64,000 nucleotides of DNA from Candidatus Bathyarchaeota archaeon (GTDB lineage Archaea; Thermoproteota; Bathyarchaeia; 40CM-2-53-6), in assembly GCA_963833125.1 (NCBI GenBank), contig CAWHWX010000001.1:32001-96000 (forward strand). The letters run 5' to 3'. Of this stretch, positions 1-10,922 are shown piece after piece. Within the stretch, counting starts at the first letter, position 1; each line of letters begins with the position of its first letter. The position numbers and the translations under genes were made by a program. Below the pieces are notes generated by a model. That model was given only the letters and a program-made list of their open reading frames with translations. It was not told the DNA's origin and did not search any database.

Positions 1-1365
1 TCGCGATGGCATCAATTACGCCGGAACCGCATATTCCTCTAGGTTTCGCTTCGCCTATAGTGCTGTACTCCGCCTCTAGGGTAGTAGGGTCTACCCATAC
101 TCTTTCGATGGCTCCGACCTCAGCTCGCATCCCATGTTTGAGCTGTGCTCCCTTCAAATGCAGGGCCAGATGGTGAGGAGCAGGCAATCATTCGTTTCTC
201 ATTTCCTAGAACTATTTCAGTGTTCGTGCCGATATCAACAAGGAGTTCCAGATTAGGCGACGTGTGTATTTGGGTCGCCAGGACGTCAGCGACGGCATCT
301 GCACCGACGAAGCCAGCTACGTTGGGAAGAGCGTCAAGGAGGCAGCCCCGAATTGGCAATGATTCCCACTTCACTCGCATAGGTCCTAAAGGGCGCACAG
401 AGAGCGGGCGTGTACGGAGCTAGCGCCACGTACTTTGGCGACGATGCCTAGAAAGATGTAATGCATTGCCCGTATTGCCAACGATTCTTGACCACCTGGA
501 AGACCTCTTAAGGTTCAACGCGCAAGGCCTGTGCACAACACTCCTGAATAAGCGAGTTTGTCGCTTGAACGACTTTCCCTTGCAATTCGATAAGTTCGTT
601 AGGTCCATTCGAAACGTATGAGATTAGAGAGATTACATCGCCCGCAGAATGCGACCTGCGGATTTGGTCATGGAAGCGTTGGCTACGACGATTCCCGAAG
701 TCAGGTGGATTAAATCATCCCCGGCTAATTTTGTCGTTCCTATGTCTACGGCAAAACTCGTAAACCAGTCAGTCAGTTCGCCCTGCGTCAATCCAGGTGA
801 TGAGTCTGTCCCCAGATACGGTAACCGTGACGTCCCATTCGCCTTTACGGATGGCCTACTGGCAGCTGCTTGAGGGCCGCATATCCAAGCTGCAATCCTG
901 GAAGAGCACACTCCACCTGCATGACTTCGATAACTCTCTCAAAGTCACCTCTGAAATCTCTTAGCGAGGCCCGGCAGTTTGATGAAGTGTTTTTGGACAA
1001 TCGGCGACAAGTCGACTTTCGGTTGGATTCCAGCGACTAGGAGCTGATGCGCTTCGGTGAGACTTTCAGGCGGGATATGAACGGTGATTGGAGCAGCGGC
1101 AGTAATCTTGGCGCAACATGCAATCCTAAATCCTTGTTCAATGTCCTGCCCAGAGAGTGACATTCGCTCCAGGTCCGTTATTGGCGATACGTTCTCTGAT
1201 CCCGATGACACCTCAACTCGACACTTGCCGCACACGCCTCGCCCCGCACAGACGTTTGAGACCTGGAGTTGGGCTGCAAGTGCAGCGTCAAGCAGTGTTC
1301 TGCCCATCGCCACCTTCACGGTGTCGTTCTTGCGCCGGAAATTCTACCTCGGCTTCTGGTGCCAT
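1..1365 (-). CDS. ASKHA-domain corrinoid reactivation ATPase (RACo/RamA-like) with N-terminal 2Fe-2S domain; split by several frameshifts and truncated at the window edge
   Basis: Fragments: 945..1319 has CAGRGVCGKC...RIAC (2Fe-2S); 633..911 has AVDIGTT; 120..398 has LPNVAGFVGAD...LLVDIGTNTEIVLG...GPAFEG; GICGSGVID on the minus strand near position 30; ATG at 1365. Confidence 0.9.
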
Positions 1366-1506
1366 TGATTCTGTAGTCACTTATCCAACTAGTTCAACTC
1401 GAATCCTGTTAAGAGCATTTCGAAGTTTCGTTGGAACCCTATCCTCGATTCGACCCTGAGAATTGCGGAGCCTAGAGACGATTAGACGGCTTCATAGCAT
1501 TATTAT

Positions 1507-2572
1507 TTATTTACTATGCAATTTCCGGGCGGGCATTCTTATTTCTTCAATCGAACGGTTTTGTATTTTCTTGGATTGTTTATCGAGTTTCAGAGGCGGT
1601 GCGTTTTCTTGTAGAGCCTTCACTGCCTGTATGAATGTCTTGATACTGTCTGTAGGTGTTGATGAAGGTAAATTGCACCCAAAGCTTGCAACTAAGTTTT
1701 CAGTTCCACCTCCGGCCGTTAGCATCTGTGTGACGTTTGTCCGAATCGTTTCAGGTTTCTCAACTGACAGATTAGTCGGAGAATAATTTCCAAAAACCAA
1801 CACATCACTTGGCACTGCTTTAATGGCGTCAGAGAGTGAGACGGTCTGGTCGATACTAATCGCCGCCACGCCCGTTTCACCCATTTGTTTAAGGAGATGG
1901 TTCACGCGCCCACAAATGTGTAAGATGATGTCTGTGGAAACTGCCTCCGCCACAAGACTTAGTGGGGTTTTGGCGAACTGCTCAAAGTGGCGCGGCGAAA
2001 TCAGGCTCGACGACATGTCTGCCATCACAAGAAAATCCACCCCCGAGTCTCCTAGGCGTTTAGCATAATCAACCACAGTTTCGGTGCAGTCCGCAATCAA
2101 TTTCGAAATTACAGCTTCGGAGCGTAGAAGCCCTAGCAACAATTGCTGAACGCCAAGAATCTGGCTAACTAACGTAAATGGGCCTGTCACAAAGAAACCT
2201 GTGGGAACATCCTTCACTTGCTGTGAAATCTGCTTTGCCGCCTCGACCATCGATGACATTCTGTCGGTGCGCATCTGATGCAGTGATGCTGTGACGCTGT
2301 CGAGGGGCACATACGTCCTGATCTCCGGCGGGTCATAGTCGCTGAATAAGGGATTGAGACCGTATGACTCAGCTTCAACTGTTAGGTCCATGAGAGAGAT
2401 AACCGCATCAGGTTCGAATTGTCGAAGATTACTCCGAACTAGTTCAGCGTGAAGCCTAGGGTCATGGAGGCATTGCTGCGCAGTTAACCCTCCCGTTTTG
2501 AGGCCCGCGATACCCCAAGATTGGAACAACGCCGAACCGATCTAACGAGCTGAAATAATCACGCAGCGTCAT
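1507..2572 (-). CDS. mtaA: MtaA/CmuA-like methylcobamide methyltransferase (URO-D family); N-terminal frameshift
   Basis: DLTVEAESYG, GPFTL, Zn motif HICG plus C-terminal GCNLP; adjacent to mtaB; likely start MTLRDY at 2572. Confidence 0.8.
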
Positions 2573-2590
2573 ACTCGCTTCGCCGTCATG

Positions 2591-4004
2591 TCAGATATTC
2601 AGCCCATATTCCTCTGGGACAAACGTTTGGCCCCAATTTTTCTTGATCTCCGGCTCTAACTCTTCGGGGGTTTCAGGCATTGATGCAAGCGCCTTCTCAA
2701 TTCGAGCCAACCATTTGCTTTCTGCAGCACTTGTCGAAAGCAAATTCTTGTTGGTGGCATCTCGCATTGTGCTGCATGCGGAATTGGCCGCCTTCAAAGT
2801 TCGTGCGTAGTCGTCCGATTCACTCACTATAGCCTTAGCTAATGGGAAGCAGATGTCCGGGTCGAGAAAGAGAGCTTGTGGATCCCTATAATGGTCGGAT
2901 TCAATTAGCAGATTCCGAAGAATTTTCGACTGCCGAAGATCGTGCGCGGTGTTCATGAGGCGACAGTCGTAGATAAGCATCTCAGTGCACACCTCGGGCG
3001 CCTGGCCCCCTAACAGCCTGACATTCTGGACCGACTCATTGGTCCAAAGGTCACAGACCGCGGACGCAATATTCCCCAAAGGTGAAGAATGCGCGCAGGC
3101 AGCAGACTTTCCCTCCATAGCAATCGGTACTCCTGCAATGATTTTCATTACGGGGTTCTCGTAACCGCAATCCTCCCCGGGACCAACAGCTCCTTCCTCA
3201 AACGCACATAACGTCCTCACGGCCGACACTGCTCGCACAAACGCCGCCAACACACGTGGGATGTAGTTCTGATGTGCGAGCTGCATGGCAGTGTTGGCGA
3301 ACACGCAGGCTGAGTCTCCACCGCCTAAAATGTTGTGTCTCGTGGTAATGTCGGTGACGTGACGCCAAAGATATCTCATGTCGCTGCAGGCGAGAACGCC
3401 TAGACTGTAAAGAATCGCAGTCACGTCCCCGCGCATTATGGCCTTGTCGAAAAGTTCCTTACCCCCAGTGCTCTCGATAGATAGAATATCGGCGCCTGAT
3501 GCGGCGCACTTTTCCATTGACTCCATAATCTTCTTGAAGCCTTCCCCCGTCCGCATTCTGGGTGGCCGCTCTGCTTCCCTCACATCGGCCACCGTAACTC
3601 GAAGCGCTGACATCAAACCATGCTTCCTGTGCGCTTCTTCGATAATCGATTTCATCTGCCGTGTAATTTCTGCGCCCCACTCCGGATGAGTTGTCAATTC
3701 GTAAAGGTGCTCAAACTCCAAAGCTAATGCAGGACAACCCAGCTGCGTTGCCTTCGCTAGTACCCCTTTTGACATCTCTTGGTACTGATGTTGGACCTCG
3801 TTCCAAGTAGAGGGTCCAATTGACATTGTAGGCAGCGTGAAGTCAACTTCAGGTAAAACCGTCCCTCCACCTATGGTCAACCCAAACCCTGCGCTGGACT
3901 GGGTTTGGAGCCACACCGAAGATGATGTCGTCCGGGGAGTCATATGACAAGCTACGGAAGCGTCGCTTAGGCTCTCGCGACTCCTTAGCCGCCGGAACTT
4001 GCAA
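2591..4004 (-). CDS. mtaB: Methanol:corrinoid methyltransferase subunit B (MtaB family); frameshift near 3890
   Basis: SIESTGGKE, GDSACVFANTA, DCGYE, EGKSAACAHSS, WTNESVQ; the MtaB-like N-terminus SLSYDSPDDIIFGVAPNPV lies in another frame. Confidence 0.92.
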
Positions 4005-4273
4005 ATCGCATCGAGTCTCAAATCCAACCCGGTCACTAATAGCAAGCGCGTATGCAACCTACTTTTGCCAACAAGTTAACCAGCCTGCGCACTCCGACTG
4101 TCTCGATCATGGGCTACTTATCTAACGACAACTTTGAGATGAGCAGCAATGGATTTGCAGAATCCCCATTATGTAATGGTGGCATATTGCAGAAGTCGAG
4201 AGCATAGTCAGTGGACGTTGTGGTCGAAAATGACCATGCGGGCTATCCAGCACAAAGCTTCGACTGCTTTTTC

Positions 4274-4930
4274 TCAGTCGATCTCCAGAGATTTCATAGC
4301 TCTAGAAACGGCCGTGACGGCGTCCGGCGCGGAATCATCGGCACCAATCTCGTGCGCCCACTCTTGGGTAACTGGTGCTCCACCAACCATAATCTTCAGG
4401 CCGGACCGTAACCCTCTTTCAGTGAGCGTCTTGATAACCTCTGCTTGCTTCACCATTGTCGTTGAAAGCAGCGCTGAAAGTCCTAGTATGTTGGGTTTCA
4501 ACTCTTCGACTTTTTTTACGAAGACTTCTGTGTTAACGTCGCAGCCCAGGTCGTAGACCTTGAAACCATTCACCTCAAACATTGTAGCCACAATGGTCTT
4601 TCCGATGTCATGAATATCTCCTTCCACGGTACCAATCACTACGATCCCGACGTATTTCCGCTCCACTTTCGCTTTCCTCAACTCGGGCTCGATCACTTGT
4701 AGACCATTCTTCATGGCCTCGGCCGACATCATCAGATCTGTTAGGTAGGCTTCCTCTTTGCCGAATCTGTCTCCAACAATCATCAAACCCTTGGTTAAGC
4801 CTTCATTGAGTATTCTGACTGGGTCCATTCCAAGACTGACCAGTCTGGTGGTGAGTTCTTTGGATTTGTCAATGTCACCGTCTGTGACTGCCTGAACGAG
4901 TTCCGCAACGAGACCGTTCGTATCCGGCAA
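4274..4930 (-). CDS. mtaC: Methyltransferase corrinoid protein (MtaC/MttC family)
   Basis: Cap domain plus B12 motif GDIHDIGK...SALL...GGAP; upstream of mtaB on the same strand. Confidence 0.9.
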   Translation of the reverse strand: MPDTNGLVAELVQAVTDGDIDKSKELTTRLVSLGMDPVRILNEGLTKGLMIVGDRFGKEEAYLTDLMMSAEAMKNGLQVIEPELRKAKVERKYVGIVVIGTVEGDIHDIGKTIVATMFEVNGFKVYDLGCDVNTEVFVKKVEELKPNILGLSALLSTTMVKQAEVIKTLTERGLRSGLKIMVGGAPVTQEWAHEIGADDSAPDAVTAVSRAMKSLEID

Positions 4931-5113
4931 AGTGTTTCCAGGGACTTATTTCCGACGAGGGTTGATAAACCTGTTTTCCGTCTCGCAGGGTTTGAATCTT
5001 CCTTACCTTGAAATTGTCGATGAGTCAGTCGCCTACTTAGTCGGCAAATCCGATGTGGTAACATGTCGCAAAGTTTTATGGGTGCTTCCAGAAATTGCTC
5101 CTCGGCTAGGAAT

Positions 5114-5760
5114 TTGCGATCTACTGAAGAAATCCTCGAAGACCTCAGAATCGCCGTCGTCAGCTATGACAGAGATCTTGCGATTAGAGTTGCCGAAGAA
5201 GCTCTGAGTTGTGGCATAGATCCCCTAAGGGCGATGGAGGAGGGGCTAGCCAAGGGAATAAAAGAGATTGGCTCCAAATTTGGCACAGAATGTTTCCTGT
5301 CGGATCTGATGATGGCAGCAGACGCCATGAAGGCGGGCGTTACCGTGCTCGAACTCGGGAATGAAAAACGATGAAAAAGAGCGGAGCGTGGGAACAGTGG
5401 TCATTGGAACCGTAAAGGGCGATATACACGATATCGGCAAGAACCTCGTATCAACTATGCTCGGTCAATGGTTTCAAGGTAATGGATCTGGGAGTCGATG
5501 TCCCTTCGGAGGCATTCATCCACAAAGCCGAAGAAGGATCAGCCAACATCATAGCAGTCTCATCTTTGCTATCAACGACCATTGCCTACATGGAAGACTT
5601 GATCCATCTTATGCGAGACCTCGGCTGCAGAGACAAGTACAAAGTTCTCGTTGGCGGAGGACAAGTTACCGAAGAGTTCGCGAAAGAAATAGGCGCAGAT
5701 GGCTACGGAGAAGAAGCGGCACAGGCTCCGGTCATAGCCAAGCAGCTCCTAGGGAAATAG
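5114..5760 (+). CDS. Second corrinoid protein, divergently oriented; two frameshifts
   Basis: ORFs 5063..5374 (cap), 5361.. (GTVKGDIHDIGKNLV) and 5482..5760 (DLGVDVP...SSLLSTT...GGGQV...GADGY) join into one protein. Confidence 0.85.
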
Positions 5761-6012
5761 AACAATTTGTCTGGCAACTACAAACCTCGGTATTCTCCCG
5801 ATTTCGGCATGATCCACGTCTCGGAGAAGAAAGATAATGCAATCTGATACGTCAAGCCACTCAGGTCCAGCTCGGAGCACCTATCCTAAACCACACAGTT
5901 GTGCAGATCTTCCTAGGCATCAATTGATTTCAGCTCAGACTGCGAGTTAGATGAAGGTTAGACTAAATACTATCGTGAACTGAGTAAAATCGCATGGGAG
6001 AATCGGACGCCG

Positions 6013-6977
6013 ATGCTCGATGATCCGGTTCTTGTAAATGATTGGCATGTGGTGGCGTTTTCGAAGATATACAGAAAGATAGAACGTCTGCCGCGTCTCC
6101 TGAGGGAGGACCTTGTTCTATGGCGATGTGGAGGTGAAGTCAAGGCCTGGCAGGATCTGTGCGTTCATCGTGGAACTCGCCTATCTCTAGGCTGGATCAA
6201 GGACCAGACACTCACTTGTTCATATCATGGCTGGACTTACGATGATTCGGGTAAATGCATACGCATACCAGCTCATCCGGATCAAAAACCTCCTCTGACG
6301 GCCAGAGTCAAAACATACCAGGCTAAGGAGCGGTACGGGTTTGTCTGGGTCTGTTTAGGAGAACCGAGGGCGGATATCCCAGAGATTCCTCAGTTGGACA
6401 ACCCGAGCTATACAAAGATCTTCTGCGGTCCATACCGTTACAAAGCTAGCGGTCCTCGTGCGATCGAGAACTTCTTAGACGTTCTGCGCATTTTCCATTT
6501 GTACACGAAGGACTTCTTGGTGACCCAAGGCATCCAGAAATCGCGGATTATGAACCAGTGATCGAACCGAACGGTGTTACGGCCAAATCCATTTCAGTGT
6601 GGCAGCCAGATCCCGATGGCACAGGACAGCCCGCGGTAGTCACCTACACTTATCGTGTGCTACGTCCTTTGACGGCGTATTTGGCGAAGGAGTCTGGGGA
6701 GAACCGGTACACCCTACTTATGATCGTGACGCCTGTGGACGCAGTCGATAGTATCGCATGGATGCTGATTGCGACTAACTACGCTCACGATCAGGTTGAA
6801 CAACTTAGGAGTTTCCAAAATAAAATCGTAAGTCAAGATGTCCCGGTGGTAGAATCTCAGCGGCCCGAACTTCTTCCTCTCGACTTACAAGCTGAGCTGC
6901 ATCTACGATCGGACCGAATGTCTATCGCCTATCGGAAATGGTTGAGAGAGATCGGTCTTACGTTCGGCACCGGGTAA
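6013..6977 (+). CDS. Rieske non-heme iron oxygenase alpha subunit, VanA/NdmA demethylase-like; frameshift near 6485
   Basis: Rieske ligands CVH...CSYH; Fe motif ENFLDV-x-HFPFVH restored across the frameshift; VanA_C-type tail QDVPVVESQRP...DRMSIAYRKWL. Confidence 0.88.
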
Positions 6978-7076
6978 ATCGATTCGATCGCGATCAAGAT
7001 CAGGCTGTTGAAACCGTTCTTAAGAAGATGGCGCGTAAGCAATTGTTCATGCAGTGTTCCGTTACCCGGTTCCTCG

Positions 7077-8924
7077 TCATGACTTTCCCGCGGGTTTTTC
7101 GTCAACCGCTGCAATTATCGGACTGACTATCTTCTGTCTTTCGAGGTCTACCCACCCTTTGTCAGTGATATTGTACCGGCCTGTTTCCCAGCCCCATCCT
7201 GTCAGAGCGCCGGTGAAAAATCCTAGGTGCATGAATGGATGCGTAAGTTTGCACCCCATACCTCTGAGAGACTCTTTCATCGACTTGATTTTTTCTGCCA
7301 TTGTCTGAATGTCTATGTCCGCCATCAGCCCCACAATCGGTAACGGTAAGCTATTCAGGACTTTTCCGTTGGCAACCGCGACCTGTCCGCCATGCATTCG
7401 AGCGATCTCGTTGCCAGCAAAGGCCATGTCATGAGGAGTTGTGCCTATCATCACTATGTTGTGGTGATCATGAGCTACAGTCGTCCCGATTGCTCCCATC
7501 TTAAGGCCGAGATCGGAAGCGAAGCCCGCGTGGATGCGCCCGCTTGCTCTGTGGCGTTCCGCAACAGCAATCAGTACTACGTCGTGCTGGATGCTTGGGA
7601 GAATGATTCCGTTTTTCACTTCCAATACAGCTTCGCCGTTTCTGAATCCTCGAAGCTCCTCATTACTCACAAGAGTTTGGACTCTTACGCTCTTAACGTT
7701 CTTCTTCGTTCGGACCAAGAAGTCAGTTGCCTTTAGCTTTCGTTTCAGCTTGACAGTGTCCGTCAACGTTGGTGTGTACCGAGTCTTAGGGAGGTGCATT
7801 ACCATCGTTCCGTTTTTGGCTACTACCTTGCCCATCGATATTGTTGTGTCAACCTTGAATTCCTCTAATTTACGCACCAAAAGTATGTCTGCGTATCTAC
7901 TGGGCGTGATACTTCCAATGGCATGGTCAATTCGAAATAGTTCAGCTGCGTTCAGAGTACCAATTTGTATCGCGACGACGGGGTCAACCCCTTCCTCGAT
8001 CGCTCTCCTGACGTGATGATCTATATGCCCCCGTTCAGCAATGTCTTCGGCGCTCAAATCATCTGTTGCGAAGCTGATGTGCCGTGATTGTACATGATGC
8101 TCAGTTATCACTTTAGCTTGATTCTTGAGATTTTGCATCCAAACGTTTCCGCCTTCAATGAAGTTGACTCTGATACCGTTCCGTAACATTTCAAGCTCCC
8201 CTTTCGTTGTCCATTCACCTTCATGTGAATAATCGACACCTGCGCAAACACAAGCTGGAATGGTTCGCTGCAGATCTTCAACAATCCCACAAGGTCCGTC
8301 CGTAACTTTTCCCAACTCTCTTGCGCACGCAATTTTGTCTACGATGTCCGCGTTCTTCGAGAGCAGCATGGGCACGCTCAGTTCATCCCACCCGACAGCT
8401 TCTGGCCAAGCTAACATCTTCTTCAGAGCTTCCTTACTGAAATGCCCGCCTACTGTTTCAACCTTTGACGGAGTCATTGGAATCTCGAAGCAAACGCTAA
8501 GCCACTCTTTGAAGGGCAGTCTCCGTGCTTCTTCCACAATCTCTCGTATGCCTCTCAACCCGGCGACTAACCCCACCTCATGCAGATCACACATAACTGA
8601 AGTGGTTCCTCTCGGCAAGACCGCTTCAGCAAAACGAGTCATTGAGAGCATCGTGCTCTCAATGTGTATGTGGGTATCTACGAGACCGGGTACGAGAAAT
8701 GCGCCTTCGGCATCAACGACAACTGTCCCATCTCCCACGCAATGCTTAACATCCCCAATCTTCGCAATCCTGTTACCGGCGACCGCAACACCTCCAGCGT
8801 ATATCTCCCCCGTGCAAACATTCACGATCTGGCCGTTCAATACCACCAAACTAGCCGACCGCTTATCCAAAGCAACATCCATAGCCTGAGAGAGTTCTTC
8901 GAAATTCAAACGGGAGGAACCCAT
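7077..8924 (-). CDS. Adenine deaminase family amidohydrolase, divergent paralog
   Basis: DTHIHIES, DLHE, SHEG, ATDD, VAERH, TVAHDHHN, LPLPIVGLM; canonical EGH replaced by DGP. Confidence 0.85.
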   Translation of the reverse strand: MGSSRLNFEELSQAMDVALDKRSASLVVLNGQIVNVCTGEIYAGGVAVAGNRIAKIGDVKHCVGDGTVVVDAEGAFLVPGLVDTHIHIESTMLSMTRFAEAVLPRGTTSVMCDLHEVGLVAGLRGIREIVEEARRLPFKEWLSVCFEIPMTPSKVETVGGHFSKEALKKMLAWPEAVGWDELSVPMLLSKNADIVDKIACARELGKVTDGPCGIVEDLQRTIPACVCAGVDYSHEGEWTTKGELEMLRNGIRVNFIEGGNVWMQNLKNQAKVITEHHVQSRHISFATDDLSAEDIAERGHIDHHVRRAIEEGVDPVVAIQIGTLNAAELFRIDHAIGSITPSRYADILLVRKLEEFKVDTTISMGKVVAKNGTMVMHLPKTRYTPTLTDTVKLKRKLKATDFLVRTKKNVKSVRVQTLVSNEELRGFRNGEAVLEVKNGIILPSIQHDVVLIAVAERHRASGRIHAGFASDLGLKMGAIGTTVAHDHHNIVMIGTTPHDMAFAGNEIARMHGGQVAVANGKVLNSLPLPIVGLMADIDIQTMAEKIKSMKESLRGMGCKLTHPFMHLGFFTGALTGWGWETGRYNITDKGWVDLERQKIVSPIIAAVDEKPAGKS

Positions 8925-9066
8925 TGAAATCTTCCTTCCTGATCAAATCGCTAGGGGTCAGCCTGTTTCTGACGCTATTTACTGGTTTTCAACTATGCGA
9001 ATCAAAGGTGTGTGAGAGTGGAAATTTGGACCAGATTATGTTAAACGCAAGCGCCCCCAACAACCT

Positions 9067-9136
9067 CATAAGTACATCTTCGGTCGGCTGATAATCAGTC
9101 CTGAACATAAGTACGAAGATGTTAAATTTGCATAAG
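9067..9136. promoter_or_regulatory. Candidate operator region between the divergent deaminase paralog and the APC permease
   Basis: Inverted repeat ACATCTTCG (9074) / CGAAGATGT (9114), palindrome CTGAT-A-ATCAG (9088-9098), three CATAAG copies. Confidence 0.35.
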
Positions 9137-9159
9137 CCGAGCCCTAGTGTGGTAATCTT

Positions 9160-10704
9160 ATGACAAGTCAACCTGCCGCGTTTGTAAGAAAAGCTTCAGG
9201 GTTACGTAGAGACGTTTCCATGTTGGATGTCGTAAGCCTGAATATTGGTAACATGTCAGGCGGCGCAGCCCTCGGAATCATAGGTTTCACAACGGTACTG
9301 CTCTCATCGATGTCTGGGGTAAACTTGGTATACGGCTCGATACTGGCTTGGTGCCTATCAATCCCCGAGATCGTCGTCTACACGATGATGACGACTAGGG
9401 TCAGTCGGACCGGTGGAGACTACGTTTGGGTCTCACGCGTCTACGGCGGATTATTCGGAGGACCACTTTCCTTCATGGGCTACACGCTTGAGACTATGGC
9501 ATATATGGCACTGATCGCGCTCGCCATGGTTTTCGCGATAGGTTCAGTTGGGGTAGCACTTGGATACTCGAACATGCTTCAATTTGCGTTGCCAGGCAAT
9601 ATTCCTGGAGCGAACTTGACGGGACAATTCCTCATTGCCGCACTAATCTTTGCCGCGCTCATAGGCATCAACGTTGTCAAGCCTAAAGTAGGTTTCAAAG
9701 TCGTTGCGGTTACGATAATAATCGCGATAGCGGCAACTTTCGTTGGCATTTTCTCGCTCTTGGCCGCTGGGACGGCGGGAGTGCAGGGTTACATGAGCTT
9801 CCTAAACTCGATTGGCTCCAATACGACGTATACGGCGGTTGCTAATTCGTACACTGGCCCAACCTTCGACTTTAATGCTACCATATTTATGCTCCCATTC
9901 TTCGCCATCTTCGTCTACCCCTGGTTGAACGCAGGACCAGCGGTCGCTTCCGAGATTAAGGGTAAAGGCGCTTTGCGGTACAACGTATTCCTATCATCAG
10001 TAGTAACCCTCATAGTTGTAACTGCGGGATTTGGAGCGATGTATTATGCTGGCGGATTCAACTTCGTGAATGGGGCATTAGGAAATGCGAATCTAGTATT
10101 CAATTGGAGCTTCAACTTCTGGACCCTCGCAATGGGTGTCTCAAGCACCCCTGTAGCTTGGTTCATCGGCTTAGGTTGGATCCTGTGGAACGTCGGCATT
10201 CTAGCATACGCAATAATCGTCCTATCACGATACCTCTTTGCTCAATCATTCGACCGATTCCTGCCCGAGAAGATCTCATACATTAGCCCGAAGTTCGGTT
10301 CGCCAACTGTCGCATTAACCATCAACCTCATAGGCACGGTTGTCTTGATCGGATTAGCCTCGTACTTCTACGGAACTCTAGTTTCACTCTACGGAGCAGT
10401 GATCGCAGCGATGATCTACTTCTTCTTCATAGGAATCGCCGCCGTACGCTATGCAATGAAGAATGAGAAAGGACAATCTAAAGCAATTCTCGCAATCTGC
10501 GGAATCCTGATGGCGATTGTATTTGGATACATCACGTACCAATTCCTCGCATATTCATCGATATGGGGAGGAAATCCAATTGCATACGGTTACGCCGGCG
10601 GCAGCTTCATCGCAGGACTCATAATCTATGTCTGGTCGAAATCATATCATGCCAAACGTGGAATCGACATCACACTCGCATACAAGGAACTACCCCCACT
10701 GTAG
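9160..10704 (+). CDS. APC family permease
   Basis: FVRKASGLRR N-terminus, RTGGDYVWVSR, SRYLFAQSFDRFLP, about 12 TM segments, ELPP C-terminus. Confidence 0.9.
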   Translation: MTSQPAAFVRKASGLRRDVSMLDVVSLNIGNMSGGAALGIIGFTTVLLSSMSGVNLVYGSILAWCLSIPEIVVYTMMTTRVSRTGGDYVWVSRVYGGLFGGPLSFMGYTLETMAYMALIALAMVFAIGSVGVALGYSNMLQFALPGNIPGANLTGQFLIAALIFAALIGINVVKPKVGFKVVAVTIIIAIAATFVGIFSLLAAGTAGVQGYMSFLNSIGSNTTYTAVANSYTGPTFDFNATIFMLPFFAIFVYPWLNAGPAVASEIKGKGALRYNVFLSSVVTLIVVTAGFGAMYYAGGFNFVNGALGNANLVFNWSFNFWTLAMGVSSTPVAWFIGLGWILWNVGILAYAIIVLSRYLFAQSFDRFLPEKISYISPKFGSPTVALTINLIGTVVLIGLASYFYGTLVSLYGAVIAAMIYFFFIGIAAVRYAMKNEKGQSKAILAICGILMAIVFGYITYQFLAYSSIWGGNPIAYGYAGGSFIAGLIIYVWSKSYHAKRGIDITLAYKELPPL

Positions 10705-10922
10705 GTCAGCACTCATTCAGTAACCAACCTCAAATTCCCGTTAAGTCCGCGTCAGTGTCACACCGTGCGGTCCCCAGACTCCCACCAGTCTCCTGGCGGA
10801 AACGAGTCTGTATTAGCATACTCGGCGTTACGCGGATGGAAAATCAAGGATAACCAGTCAAACGTTCAGCTTCAAACCCGAGCATAGTTCATGTGAGACG
10901 TTAGCAAATAGCTGATTCTCAA

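Noticed and set aside
1-5760. Evidence for methanogenesis
   Set aside because: No mcr or mtr genes in the window; Mta modules also occur in non-methanogenic methylotrophs.
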